Part shown: piece by piece, positions 34,384-45,327 of the stretch
How the letters are laid out: each line of letters begins with the position of its first letter
Numbering within the stretch: the first letter of the stretch is position 1
Source: Ascoidea asiatica JCM 7603
Taxonomy: Eukaryota > Fungi > Ascomycota
NCBI GenBank assembly: GCA_001600695.1
Contig: BCKQ01000002.1
Location: 1,846,001 to 1,899,432 of the forward strand
DNA length: 53,432 nucleotides
Direction of reading: 5' to 3'
The notes under the pieces: generated by a model
What the model was told of the DNA's origin: nothing
Database searches by the model: none
Seen by the model: only the letters and a program-made list of their open reading frames with translations
Translations under genes and position numbers: made by a program

Positions 34384-35563
34384 GGGTACGACACACACAA
34401 CGTCAAGTGAAAAATGGCGGATGACGTAAGCACGGATAGCACGGAAAAAGATAAAGCTTGTTTTTAAAAAAAAAATGCACGTGATTTACTGCTACTTCAC
34501 TTGTTACTTCAAATTGCCGTTTTAGGGACTGTGCCCGTTTTCATTCTCAATTTGTTAAAATTAATTATTGTGGCTAGTTAATCACGTGCTTGTGATTGAT
34601 TGGAAATAAAAAGAAAATCCGGCTTTCTGGCGACAGGTTGGTTTTATTCAAAAACATTTCAATTAACTTTATAAAGTATAAGAACAAGTTTAAATAATTC
34701 AATAAATGTTATGTTAAAGATGTAAAAGATGTAAAAGATGATAATATGGAAGAGACCATTTGAGTCTCATGAATTTAAAAAATTGGAATCTGAAAAATAG
34801 ATCGATGATAACCTTAATGATAATAATAATAAACTGATTTTACATCCTGATTGTTATGAAATAACTTATAACTTTTGTTTAATTTAAAAAAAAACAAAAT
34901 AATCTAAACAAGTATCAAATAACTATTGAATAAATATAAGTTGTATTTATTCATACTATACAAAATATTATTCAAATTTTTAGTCTTGGTGAATTAATTA
35001 CTTCAAATTCGAATTTAATTTTTAATGATATCAAAATTTTTCGGATTCTCATGATTAAAAACTTAAAAAAACTTCAAATTCTAGTAGAGCAAAACAGTTA
35101 CAAAAAGAAACTATAGCAATAATTCTAAAGGGATACTGCTTTTGAATTTTTTATTTCAAGATAAAATAGTCCTTTTTCATTCACAAAAAATGATACAGCC
35201 AATAATAATAATAAAAACTAATGTGCAAAATAAAATACCAAATTTTACCAACAGTTCATATGATACTACATCTGATTAATATTAAAGACTATAAAAGATA
35301 ATTTCTCAATTTTAATTAATCAGTTGTAAAAGTTTTATAAAACTGTTTAAATTAAATTCAATTATCAAATTTATCAACTTCTCAAGCTATTTTAAAATTA
35401 TCAATTTAAAATTAGCCCCATTTATTATTTTCTAATCAGAAATAGCTTTATTGAAAAACTCTATAGGTGATTCTTTAAGGTTGAACATTTAAATTTTTGA
35501 CGACTATATGGAATAAAATAAATACAAATATACCAAATATAATAATTTTAGAATTGTTTTTAA

Positions 35564-36580
35564 CTATATTAAGTTTTTAATTTCTCGATTATTGAAAAAT
35601 GTAGAAACATGGATTGAGAAACAATTTTTATCGAAAAGGTTTAATTTGTTACGCTCCCCTTCACCAGGAGCTGAAACATATTTTCGAAAAATTATATCTA
35701 AATTTTTCAAAGTATTTTCTTTGGAATGTGAAAAAAAAGTTTTTGTTTTAATTTTCTTATAATTAAATTTTATTGCTGAAGTTAATTGTACTGTTGATTT
35801 ATAGGTATTTGTTGAAATAGTAATCATACCTAAATTTATGGTTTCATAATAATGATAATAATAATATCTTACACCTATTTTATTTTCTCTCAATTCTTTA
35901 ATTGTACTTTCAGCGTTTTTTATTTATTCAATTAGACTAAAAAAAAAAAAAAAACTTTTAGGACCAAGGCTTAAACTCATACTTGAACCAATTTTTAAAA
36001 GCAAATTTTCAAGGGCTAAGTGAAGTGTTTCAAAATATTTCTTTCCATACATAATAAAAGAATCACTTCCAACAGTCAACAATAGACCAAATGAATTCTT
36101 TAAGCCATTTATTTTATTATCTTTGGGAATATCAATTAATTGATTATTATCATTATTAAATTTAAAAGAAGAGTACAAAAAATCAGAATCTATTTTAAAG
36201 GAATTTGAAAAAAAAAAATTCCAAAAAAATTGGTATTAAATCTTTATCCATATTAGTAATTTAATAAAGAAAAGTATTTTAATGAATTCCTGAAAAAAGT
36301 TGATGCATTGTTGAAAAATTTTTTAATAAAACTTACATAAATTTATTTTTCTGATCTTTGGAAAAGACTGATGTAAAAAAATAATATCAGTCTTTGGAGA
36401 ATAATGTTTTAATAAATAATGTTGAGTCATCTACATTAAAATTTGGAGGTAAAGCATTATTTATCAATTTATACACATATTGAGATTTTTAGTTGATTGT
36501 TTTCAAATCCACATAATATTCATATTTGTATTTGTATTTGAAATTTTTTTGTCAATAACTTTAAGAGTTTGAATAGACAT
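35564..36580 (-). pseudogene. Disrupted orphan gene (may continue, more decayed, to about 34800)
   Basis: ATG at 36580 in CAAAAATG context; 1-nt frameshift in an A7 run; then one frame for about 330 codons with only about 7 stops, joining track ORFs 35924-36178 and 35564-35893. Confidence 0.6.
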
Positions 36581-37214
36581 TTTTGAGTTATTTATTAATG
36601 ATGTATATGAATTTAAATTAAAAAATTAAAACCATTTTTAGTGAAAATAGTTTTTATATATTAATCATTTGAATATTTTAATTATTTATAATAAAGTAAA
36701 TTACTATGAAAAATAACAAACAAATAGTGAAACTTAGCAATCAAATATAAAAAATAGATCAAATTAACGTACAATCAGAAATTTAAGGTTAATTAAGGTT
36801 ATTCATCCCGCATAGTTCTGCGAGCTTAAATACTCAAATTCATTTACGAGTGAGTATCCGAAAATCCCGGGTATACCATTCCGAAAGAGTACAAATTTTT
36901 TTTATAATAAAATGTGTTTAAATACTTCATAATATAATTCGAGTCTTTTTGAGGATTTTATTATTAATAAAATTTTAATTAATTATAATTAAGAAGTAAA
37001 ATGTATAAAAAATAATTAAAAAAATTTATAATATTAAAATATAAATTTGAAATTATCTACAAAATAGTAATTTTTTAAAAAAATATAACAAAATCCTCAA
37101 AATTGGATTCTGAATTTTATTTACACGTGCATATTACTATTATTATTATATAATTAGCCACCTCGAGGAGAAGCAAAAAAAAATCATACGGTGGCGTAGC
37201 GAGGTAGCTGTTCT

Positions 37215-37306
37215 GCGGAGCTGTCACATGTGACTTCTGCGACTTCCAGTGTTGGCAACTGCTGGGGGTGTGACCGTAGTTACCCCAGCTACGGGAGCTA
37301 CCCCAG
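37215..37306. promoter_or_regulatory. Mig1/Adr1-like SYGGRG cluster upstream of the acyl-CoA oxidase
   Basis: GCGGAG at 37215, CTGGGG at 37262, CCCCAG at 37283 and 37301; TATAAATA at 37675. Confidence 0.45.
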
Positions 37307-37902
37307 TCAGCAGAAAATGAAGAAGTTAATGAGATACGCTGTTAATTGGCACGGTACTTGTTCAATCAATTAGTTACCGCGTATTAATTACAATTTGCAT
37401 CGCGTATTAATTAACGAATCAATCAATTAATTAATCAATTACTCAATTAATCAAGGATCAGTCCTCGAGATTATTATCATATTCAAATATAATAATAATA
37501 ATAATAGAAAAGCTAACTTCCTCCAGTATTGCTTTGGAGTATGATAATCACCTCATAATCATAGTAATAACATTGATCTCAATTACTACCACAATCAATT
37601 CCAGACATAATCAAATCAAATCAATGAAGATTCAAGATAATGATTCGAATCTAGATAATTGATTATTTCCAGTGTATAAATATATGCTTTATTTCCTCCT
37701 TTTGATTCGGTTTTTGATTCTGATTCCATTTCTCTTTATTCGCTTATCACAACATTTTATTCTTGATTTACGTAGTTTTCTGTACTTCGATAACTATCTA
37801 AATACTTACTTTACTATATCACTCTTATTATAATTATAATTGTAATTATTATTTCTCAATTAGTCAATCAATCAATAAATATATATTGATAATATTTTTA
37901 AA

Positions 37903-40215
37903 ATGTCAAGAATTGAATCTTTAAATATACCAAAACCTCAAAATATAATTAATAATGAAAGGAATAAATTCACAGATTTTAATATTGATGATATGTTTAA
38001 ATTCTTAGAAGGTAATGATTTAAATTCTTCTAAACAAACTTTAAAAATCATGCAAGAATTAGAAAGAGATTTAATACTTAAAAATGATAATAATTATTAT
38101 GATAATTTAAATAAATCTGATTTAAGAAGAATTACAATGTTAAAAATTAGACAATTATCAAATTATTTAGAAAGAGATATTATTCAAGCTCAATCAATTG
38201 AAAATAATTTAAATGAAAATAAAAAATCAAATTTATCTTTAGATTTATCTTCTTTTAATAAAAGATTATATCTCATTGCAGTTCATGATCCTCAATTAGG
38301 TACAAGACTTGGTGTTCATCTTGGTTTATTTTTAAATGCAATTAAAGGTAATGGTACAAAATCTCAATATAATTATTGGGCTTTTCAAAGAGGTGCTGCT
38401 TCAATTAAAAATATTTATGGATGTTTTTCAATGACTGAATTAGCTCATGGTTCAAATGTTGCAGGTCTTGAAACAACTGCAACTTATGATTTTAATAAAA
38501 AACAATTTATAATTAATACTCCTCATTTAGGTGCAACTAAATGGTGGATTGGTGGTGCTGCATCTTCTGCTAATCATACTGTTGCTTATTGTAGATTAAT
38601 TGTTAATAATATTGATCATGGTATAAAAACTTTTGTGATACCATTAAGAGATTCAAATCATAATCTTTTACCAGGAATTTCAATTGGTGATATTGGTTCA
38701 AAAATGGGTAGAGATGGTATTGATAATGGTTGGATTCAATTTACAAATGTTAAAATTCCAAAAAATTTTATGTTACAAAAATATTGTAAAATTAATGATA
38801 AAACAAAAGAAGTTATTGAACCACCTTTAGCTCAATTAGCTTATGGTGCTTTATTAGATGGTAGAGTTCAAATGGTTATTGAATCTTTTAGAAATGGTGC
38901 AAGATTTTTAATTATTGCTTTAAGATATTCTGTTGGTAGAAGACAATTTGGTAAAAGTAATAAAAGTAATTTAAATTTTCAAAATGAATTTGAATTAAAA
39001 AATTTTAATTTAAATAATAAAATTTCAAATAAAAATTTAATTTTAGAAAATCAATTAATTGATTATCCTCATCATCAATATAGATTAATACCATTATTAT
39101 CAATAATTTATTCAATTTCATGTGCTTCAGATAAATTATATAAAAATCATAAATTTGTTACAAATCTTTTAGATCAATTATCAGAAAATGAAGAATTAAT
39201 TTCAAATGAAAAATTTTTAATAAATTCAATAAATTCTTTAAAATCTTTATTTATTACATCAGCATCATTAAAATCAACTTGTACATGGTTTACAGCAAAT
39301 TTAATTGATGAAGCAAGACAATCATGTGGTGGTCATGGTTATTCATCATATTCTGGTTTTGGTAAAGGTTATAATGATTGGGTTGTTCAATGTACTTGGG
39401 AAGGTGATAATAATATTTTAGCTACAAGTGCAGGTAAATCAATAATTAAATTTGTTCAATATATTTTAAAAGGTAAATTTAAATATGTTCCAAAAGATTT
39501 TAATTATTTAAATTATTGTTATAAAAATGAGAAAGAAATTTTAAATTCAATTAATTCTTCTTCTTCTTCTTCTTCTTCTTCTTCTTCTAATGAAGATGAT
39601 GAATTTGATCCAAATAATTATAATAATTTATTAAATTTAATTGGATTAATGATATTAAAATTATCAATATCATGTATTGAAATTTTAAAAAATTCAAATA
39701 ATAATTTTGATTTAATTACAACAGAATGTGTTAAATTATCAAAATTTAATGCATATTATTATTTATTAAATTCATTTATTGAATATTATAATTTTTCAGA
39801 AACTTCAAATAATATTAAAGAATCATTAAATTATTTAATAAATTTATTTTCAAATTATGAAATTTATGAAAATAGTAATTTTTTTTTACAATTTAATTTA
39901 TTAAATTCTAAAAAAATTTTAAAAATTAAATCAAATATGATGAATAAATTATTACCATTTTTAAGAAAAAGAATAATTGGATTAACAGATTCATTTAAAT
40001 ATTCAGATTTTTTAATTAATTCACCATTAGGATCATATAATGGAGATATTTATAATAATTATTTTGATTTAATTAATAGAATTAATAATAATTCATCAGA
40101 TTATGGTAAAAGTGGATATGAAGATATATTATTAGAAACTTTAAAAAGAAAAAGTGTTGAAGAAAGAGAATTTTTTGAAAAAAGTGAAGAATCTTTAAAG
40201 ACTTTAGGAAAATGA
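37903..40215 (+). CDS. POX1: Peroxisomal acyl-CoA oxidase
   Basis: 770 aa. GCFSMTELAHGSNV, KWWIG, GDIGSKMGRDGIDNG, RYSVGRRQF, CGGHGY, catalytic TWEGDN. Paralogue identity unknown. Confidence 0.95.
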   Translation: MSRIESLNIPKPQNIINNERNKFTDFNIDDMFKFLEGNDLNSSKQTLKIMQELERDLILKNDNNYYDNLNKSDLRRITMLKIRQLSNYLERDIIQAQSIENNLNENKKSNLSLDLSSFNKRLYLIAVHDPQLGTRLGVHLGLFLNAIKGNGTKSQYNYWAFQRGAASIKNIYGCFSMTELAHGSNVAGLETTATYDFNKKQFIINTPHLGATKWWIGGAASSANHTVAYCRLIVNNIDHGIKTFVIPLRDSNHNLLPGISIGDIGSKMGRDGIDNGWIQFTNVKIPKNFMLQKYCKINDKTKEVIEPPLAQLAYGALLDGRVQMVIESFRNGARFLIIALRYSVGRRQFGKSNKSNLNFQNEFELKNFNLNNKISNKNLILENQLIDYPHHQYRLIPLLSIIYSISCASDKLYKNHKFVTNLLDQLSENEELISNEKFLINSINSLKSLFITSASLKSTCTWFTANLIDEARQSCGGHGYSSYSGFGKGYNDWVVQCTWEGDNNILATSAGKSIIKFVQYILKGKFKYVPKDFNYLNYCYKNEKEILNSINSSSSSSSSSSSNEDDEFDPNNYNNLLNLIGLMILKLSISCIEILKNSNNNFDLITTECVKLSKFNAYYYLLNSFIEYYNFSETSNNIKESLNYLINLFSNYEIYENSNFFLQFNLLNSKKILKIKSNMMNKLLPFLRKRIIGLTDSFKYSDFLINSPLGSYNGDIYNNYFDLINRINNNSSDYGKSGYEDILLETLKRKSVEEREFFEKSEESLKTLGK

Positions 40216-40300
40216 ATATATTATATGAATTTTATATACGTTTTATTTACAAAATCATATTTTTTTATTTATTTTAATTTATTAGTTATTTATGTATGGG

Positions 40301-40303
<3 letters not shown>

Positions 40304-40337
<34 letters not shown>
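40304..40337. repeat. (AT)17 microsatellite in the shared POX/ISA1 terminator region
   Basis: Perfect dinucleotide run, followed by (AAGT)n. Confidence 0.9.
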
Positions 40338-40341
<4 letters not shown>

Positions 40342-40401
40342 TATTATATTGTATATAAGTAAGTAAGTAAGTTAGTAAGTAAGTAAGTAAGTAGGTAAAG
40401 A

Positions 40402-41325
40402 TTAAACCATAAAAGATTCACCACAACCACAAGTACCTTTTGAATTTGGATTTTTAAATATAAATTTTGAATATAATTTATTATCAACATAATCCATTTG
40501 AGAACCAATAATACTAAATAAAGCTTTTGAATCAATTAAAATTTTAATATCATTTTGAATTAAAATTTCATCAAATTTTTCTGGATTTTTAACAAATGTT
40601 AAATTATAAGATAAACCTGAACAACCTCTATTTTTTACAGAAATTCTAATTAATTTTGGATTTGGATTATTATATAATTTTTTTAAATGATCAATTGCAG
40701 AAGGTGTTAAAGTTATTAAAGCTTTACGAGGTTTAAGAGTTCTTTTTTTTTTCTTTAATTTTATTGGATTTATATTTGAAGAAGAAGCGTTTAAAGTGGT
40801 AGAAGTATTGGTTGGAGGAGGAGGAGGAGTAGTATTTGTAGTAGTATTTGCAGTAGTAATTGAATCCTGCGGTATAATTAAATCTTTTTGTAATTTATAA
40901 GAATTTAATTTTTTAATATTTTTATTACCAAATACACTTGAAAAAGATCTTGAAGGTAAAGAATGTTTTGACCATTTATCATTATCATTATCAATATCAT
41001 TATCATTATCATTATCATTATCATTCTGATTATTAATTTCTTTATTATTATTAATGTTATTGATATCAGTAGTTGCAGATTTTGAACTTATATTATTTAT
41101 ATTTATATCATTTATATTACTTATATTATTTATATTATTTATATTATTTATAATATATGAATCATTTGAAATTGAAGGAATTGTCTGTAAGAATCTTTTT
41201 GAATTTGATTTTAGATTTGATTTTGATTCATTTAAGAATCTTTTAAGTATTAAATTTTTTAAATTATTTTGAATTAAACTATTTGAAGTTATAGATTTAG
41301 ATATGATTAGTGAATTTAATATCAT
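40402..41325 (-). CDS. ISA1: Mitochondrial A-type Fe-S cluster assembly protein
   Basis: 307 aa. Basic presequence, low-complexity linker, LKPRKALITLTPSA, RGCSGLSY, C-terminal CGCGESFMV. Confidence 0.95.
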   Translation of the reverse strand: MILNSLIISKSITSNSLIQNNLKNLILKRFLNESKSNLKSNSKRFLQTIPSISNDSYIINNINNINNISNINDININNISSKSATTDINNINNNKEINNQNDNDNDNDNDIDNDNDKWSKHSLPSRSFSSVFGNKNIKKLNSYKLQKDLIIPQDSITTANTTTNTTPPPPPTNTSTTLNASSSNINPIKLKKKKRTLKPRKALITLTPSAIDHLKKLYNNPNPKLIRISVKNRGCSGLSYNLTFVKNPEKFDEILIQNDIKILIDSKALFSIIGSQMDYVDNKLYSKFIFKNPNSKGTCGCGESFMV

Positions 41326-41737
41326 AATGATTATATTATTATATGATTATGAATATGAATATGAATTTAAGTGATTGAAGATGATTTAAATAATAATAAA
41401 TATATATATATATAAATGAATAAATAAGATTAGTCCAGAAATAGAATCAATGAAATGAAATAATGATGAATATTGATCTTTATTTAATAAACAATTATTT
41501 ATCAAATAATCAAATAATCAAATAATCTTCACTCAGTCAAAAAAGTAAGCATTATTAATACAAGAAATATTCTTACAGCACTAAATCAATCGGCCATTGA
41601 GCTGAGTGACCCGAAGTTGGAAGTGTTGGAAGTGTTGGAAGTGCGACGAGCGGGTTTGTGGCCATGAAAGTCACGAGTGTGGCTCTGACGACAGGAAACC
41701 CACTGCAATGGCGCTCTGCTGACAAAACAAAGCTCGT

Positions 41738-41899
41738 TGATTGGCAGTTTCACAGACCTCTGCTGGTCTCAGTGGTCACGGAACTGTCTCTTTGCAAAGT
41801 CCACTGCTATTTCTGCTCCGGGAAAACCCTCAGACCCTCAAACTTTCAGTGCGAAATCAGTGGCAGTGGGCACTCGAAACCTGCGTAGTTTTTGATTGG
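41738..41899 (-). promoter_or_regulatory. Two CCAATCA boxes in the ISA1 promoter
   Basis: TGATTGG at 41738-41744 and 41893-41899. Confidence 0.5.
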
Positions 41900-42089
41900 A
41901 CCGCGCCAGAGCCCTGCTTGTGAGTAGTGAGTAGTGAGCAGTGCACAGTCATGTGACCTGCCAGGGCTCTGTTCTTGTTTTTGTTCTTTTTTTTTGCTTT
42001 TACTCTTTGAACGTTGTTGAAATGCCATTGAGAAATGTTGAAATGAGGACGAGTTTTCTGTTCTCCCGAAAATAGCAGTTATTAATATA

Positions 42090-42092
<3 letters not shown>

Positions 42093-42130
<38 letters not shown>
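42093..42130. repeat. (TA)19 microsatellite downstream of XKS1
   Basis: Perfect dinucleotide run, likely acting as a 3'-end efficiency element. Confidence 0.9.
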
Positions 42131-42136
<6 letters not shown>

Positions 42137-42266
42137 TCCATTGAAACAGGTATTATTAAGAATAATAATTTATAAATGTAGATATAATATGTATTATAAT
42201 TAAGTATATCTTTTGCAAAACTAATAAAAAAAACTAACAAAAATAAATAAAAAAAAACAATATATT

Positions 42267-44108
42267 TTAAACATCTAAAAGTTTTTCTAAATTTTCAAGA
42301 ACTTTTGTTCCATTTTGATATTCTTTCCATTCATCATTAACATTAAATTCTTCTAAAGTATTCCATTTAAATTTTAAATTTAAATATTCATCATATTCAA
42401 TAAATTTTTTTACATCTTTTTTAATATTTTCTTCAATATAATATGACCAATTTGCTTTATATGATCCACCTAATGCACAACCATTGGTTTCAAAATTTTT
42501 AAAATTTCCACCAATTTTTTGATCATTACCTAAAATTTTACTAAAAAATTTAATTATTGATTCATTTTTACTACTACCACCAACATAAAATAATTTATTT
42601 GGTTTAACTTCATTATTAATTTCATTATTAATTTCATTATTAATTTCACCAACTTCATTTTTTAACATTGGATTTGCTCTCATTCTACAACTTAAAGCTT
42701 GTGATTCAATAATACCTTTAACATCTTTTTCAATTTCCCAATTAATATTATTAAAATTGATAATTTCATTTGTTAATTTATTAAATTCTGCTTTTTTAAA
42801 TTGTGATAATGCATTTGGTACAATTTCTCCATTTGGAAAATAAATTCCAATTTTATTATCTTTAAATAATTCATAATTTTTATTATTTGAATCTAAAATT
42901 TCATTAAATTTATTCCATCCATCATTATTATCATTTTTAATATTATATTTTTTATTAATTTTATCTTTAATTTGATTTCTTGCTAAAGCTCCATTACAAT
43001 AACATATCATTCCCATATAAAGATTTTTATTTGTTGGATGAATAAACATATGATATAATGGTGATGGTTTATAATTTTTTGTAATAATTAATAATGTTGT
43101 TGAAGTACCTAAACTAATTAATAAATCATTTTTTTTTAATGGTAATGACATAATTGTTGCTAAATTATCTCCAGTAAATGAATAAATTTTACAATCTGAA
43201 TTAAAACCATATTTTAAAACAAAATAATTTGAAATTTTTCCAATATTTTTATATCCAACAGGTTCAACATTACCTAATTTTAATCTTAAATCTTTTACTA
43301 AATTTTTTTCACTTTGATTATCTTTATTATTATTAATTGCAGAATTTATTGTAATTTTTAATAAATCTTCATTCCAATCTTTTTTTTCAATATCATATAA
43401 ATTCATACCACAAGCATCAGCTTGATCAATATTTGCAATATCTCCAATAAATAAAGATGATAAAAATGATGATAATAATGAAATTCTATATGTTTTTGAA
43501 TATTTTAAATAATCATCATTAATTAATTTTTTAATTTGAGGTCCAGTAAATCTATAATGAGCTCTTGAACCTGTAATTTTTGATAAATTTAATTCACCAC
43601 CAATTTTTTTTTCAAATTCTTTAATTTCATTATTTGTACTATGATCTTGCCAATTTGGTACAAAATCAAAAGTAAAAGAATTTGGAAAAATTTGTTGTGA
43701 TAAATTTAAATTTAAATTTTTATCTAAATTTTTTAAAATTTTTTTTGAAAAATTTGACCAATAAACTGAACCATGTTGTTGAGCAGAACCAGAAATTGAA
43801 TTAACTTTAAAAAATTTAAAATTATCTAATTTCATTTTATTTAATAATAAATCTAAAGATTTTAAATATAAATTTATTGGAGCAAAAATTCTACCAATTT
43901 TTTCAAATTTTAAAACACCATTTTTTGTTTTAAATTCAGGAAATTCATTATCAAAATCAACAGAATATGTTTTTAAATGAATTAAATTTTGATTAATTAC
44001 AACAACTTTAAATTGTTGAGTTGATAAATCAAAACCTAAAGAATATGTATCATTATCATTATCAACAAAAGATGAAGCTGGAGTTGGAGTTGAAGAATCT
44101 TGAGTCAT
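42267..44108 (-). CDS. XKS1: Xylulokinase (FGGY family)
   Basis: 613 aa. LGFDLSTQQ, SGSAQQHGSVYW, PNWQDHST, TGSRAHYRFTGPQI, TGDNLATI, SLGTSTT, YCNGALAR. Confidence 0.96.
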   Translation of the reverse strand: MTQDSSTPTPASSFVDNDNDTYSLGFDLSTQQFKVVVINQNLIHLKTYSVDFDNEFPEFKTKNGVLKFEKIGRIFAPINLYLKSLDLLLNKMKLDNFKFFKVNSISGSAQQHGSVYWSNFSKKILKNLDKNLNLNLSQQIFPNSFTFDFVPNWQDHSTNNEIKEFEKKIGGELNLSKITGSRAHYRFTGPQIKKLINDDYLKYSKTYRISLLSSFLSSLFIGDIANIDQADACGMNLYDIEKKDWNEDLLKITINSAINNNKDNQSEKNLVKDLRLKLGNVEPVGYKNIGKISNYFVLKYGFNSDCKIYSFTGDNLATIMSLPLKKNDLLISLGTSTTLLIITKNYKPSPLYHMFIHPTNKNLYMGMICYCNGALARNQIKDKINKKYNIKNDNNDGWNKFNEILDSNNKNYELFKDNKIGIYFPNGEIVPNALSQFKKAEFNKLTNEIINFNNINWEIEKDVKGIIESQALSCRMRANPMLKNEVGEINNEINNEINNEVKPNKLFYVGGSSKNESIIKFFSKILGNDQKIGGNFKNFETNGCALGGSYKANWSYYIEENIKKDVKKFIEYDEYLNLKFKWNTLEEFNVNDEWKEYQNGTKVLENLEKLLDV

Positions 44109-44143
44109 TGTTATATTAATTGATTGATTGATTGATTGATTGA

Positions 44144-44422
44144 TTATAAATAATTTTTTTGTTTTAAGAAAGATACTGAATTTATTTTTTTATTTAAAAA
44201 AGACCAAGGAGGTAAAATTAAAATTGCAATTAATATTGAAAAAAAAGAAAAAGAATAAATAATATAATTAATATTTTGAAATATGAAACCAAATAAAAAT
44301 GAAATTAAAGTATTTAAATAAAATGTATAATTTAATAAATTTAATGATAATTCTTGTCCTTTATAATTGATATTACCTTCTAATTTATCTAATAAAAAAT
44401 TAATATCGAAATTAAAATCCAT
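44144..44422 (-). CDS. SPC1: Signal peptidase complex subunit Spc1/SPC12
   Basis: 92 aa. INYKGQ (IDF/Y.GQ motif), two TM helices with FGF..Q, then LPPW..LNK. Confidence 0.85.
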   Translation of the reverse strand: MDFNFDINFLLDKLEGNINYKGQELSLNLLNYTFYLNTLISFLFGFIFQNINYIIYSFSFFSILIAILILPPWSFLNKKINSVSFLKQKNYL

Positions 44423-45071
44423 AATAAATAAAAAAAGAAAAGAAAAAATTAAAAAAGATTTAAAAAATAAAGAAATTTGAAAGAGTATTTATATTAAAAT
44501 AATAATATATATAGTTAAGTAAGTAAATAAGTAAATAGGGAGAATATTGAATATTATTGAATTATTTTGATTACGAGACTAAGAGATTTATTCGAGTTAA
44601 CAAATAAGTATTTAATTATTTAATTTAATTTCACAATCGAGAAAGAGAAATTGAAAAATATGCGAAACCTGGGGAAAGAGAGTGATTGAATAGAAATGGA
44701 TGAGAATAGTTGGGAGTAAATTGGAATGGATAATTGAATACTTGACTGTGAAAGCAATTGGGTTGGAATATATTGGAGCTTGAATGCAGTGAATTGATTG
44801 ATATTGTCTGTTGATCAGTGAATGATTGTTTAGATGTATCCTTTATTTGTTTCTTTCTTTGTTTCTTTCTTCTATTCAATATATTCAATATATTCAATAT
44901 ACTAAATACTAAATACTAAATATATTCTTTATATTCTTTATATTCTTTATATTCTTTATATCTTCTTCTTCTCTCTTCTCGCTGTCGATAAATGATCAAA
45001 ACGAACAAATCGCCACTTTCGCAGACTCGTCGACCGTTGCCCCCGCGGAGTCCCGGCACCCCTGCGAAACC

Positions 45072-45146
45072 ACGCGAAAACATGAAAAAATGGAAAAATA
45101 TCAAAGAAAAAGAAAAATACGCGAAAATACGCGAAAGTACGCGAAA
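45072..45146. promoter_or_regulatory. Four ACGCGAAA (SCB/MCB-like) elements
   Basis: Copies at 45072, 45119, 45129 and 45139. Confidence 0.55.
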
Positions 45147-45327
45147 CCACCTTGGAAAACACAAAATATATTTATATCTATTTATTTATTTTATCTACCT
45201 GTATCTATTTAGTCTATTGGTATATTCATTGAATTTGAAGTATTTGAAGTATTTGAAGTATGTTTGATTATATAAAAAGAATTTGAAAAGAATAAAAAAA
45301 AGATAAATTTAATGGGGGTTTTATATT

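Noticed and set aside
36581-36625. Linear-plasmid (VLE) upstream conserved sequence ATNTGA for the pseudogene
   Set aside because: The only match (ATATGA at 36605) is on the wrong strand, so a plasmid origin is not supported by this signal.
36800-37480. Oleate response element or CCTCGG motif upstream of the oxidase
   Set aside because: No CGG-N3-TNA-N9-12-CCG with correct spacing was seen; only CCTCGAG near-matches.
31441-45267. 60-90-aa ORFs at 31441-31790, 34147-34398, 41658-42028 and 44916-45267 (likewise 13648-13955, 20373-20561, 25809-26039, 48986-49258, 52124-52316)
   Set aside because: They coincide with GC-rich promoter islands where stops are rarer, often use non-ATG starts and lack the genome's codon bias.
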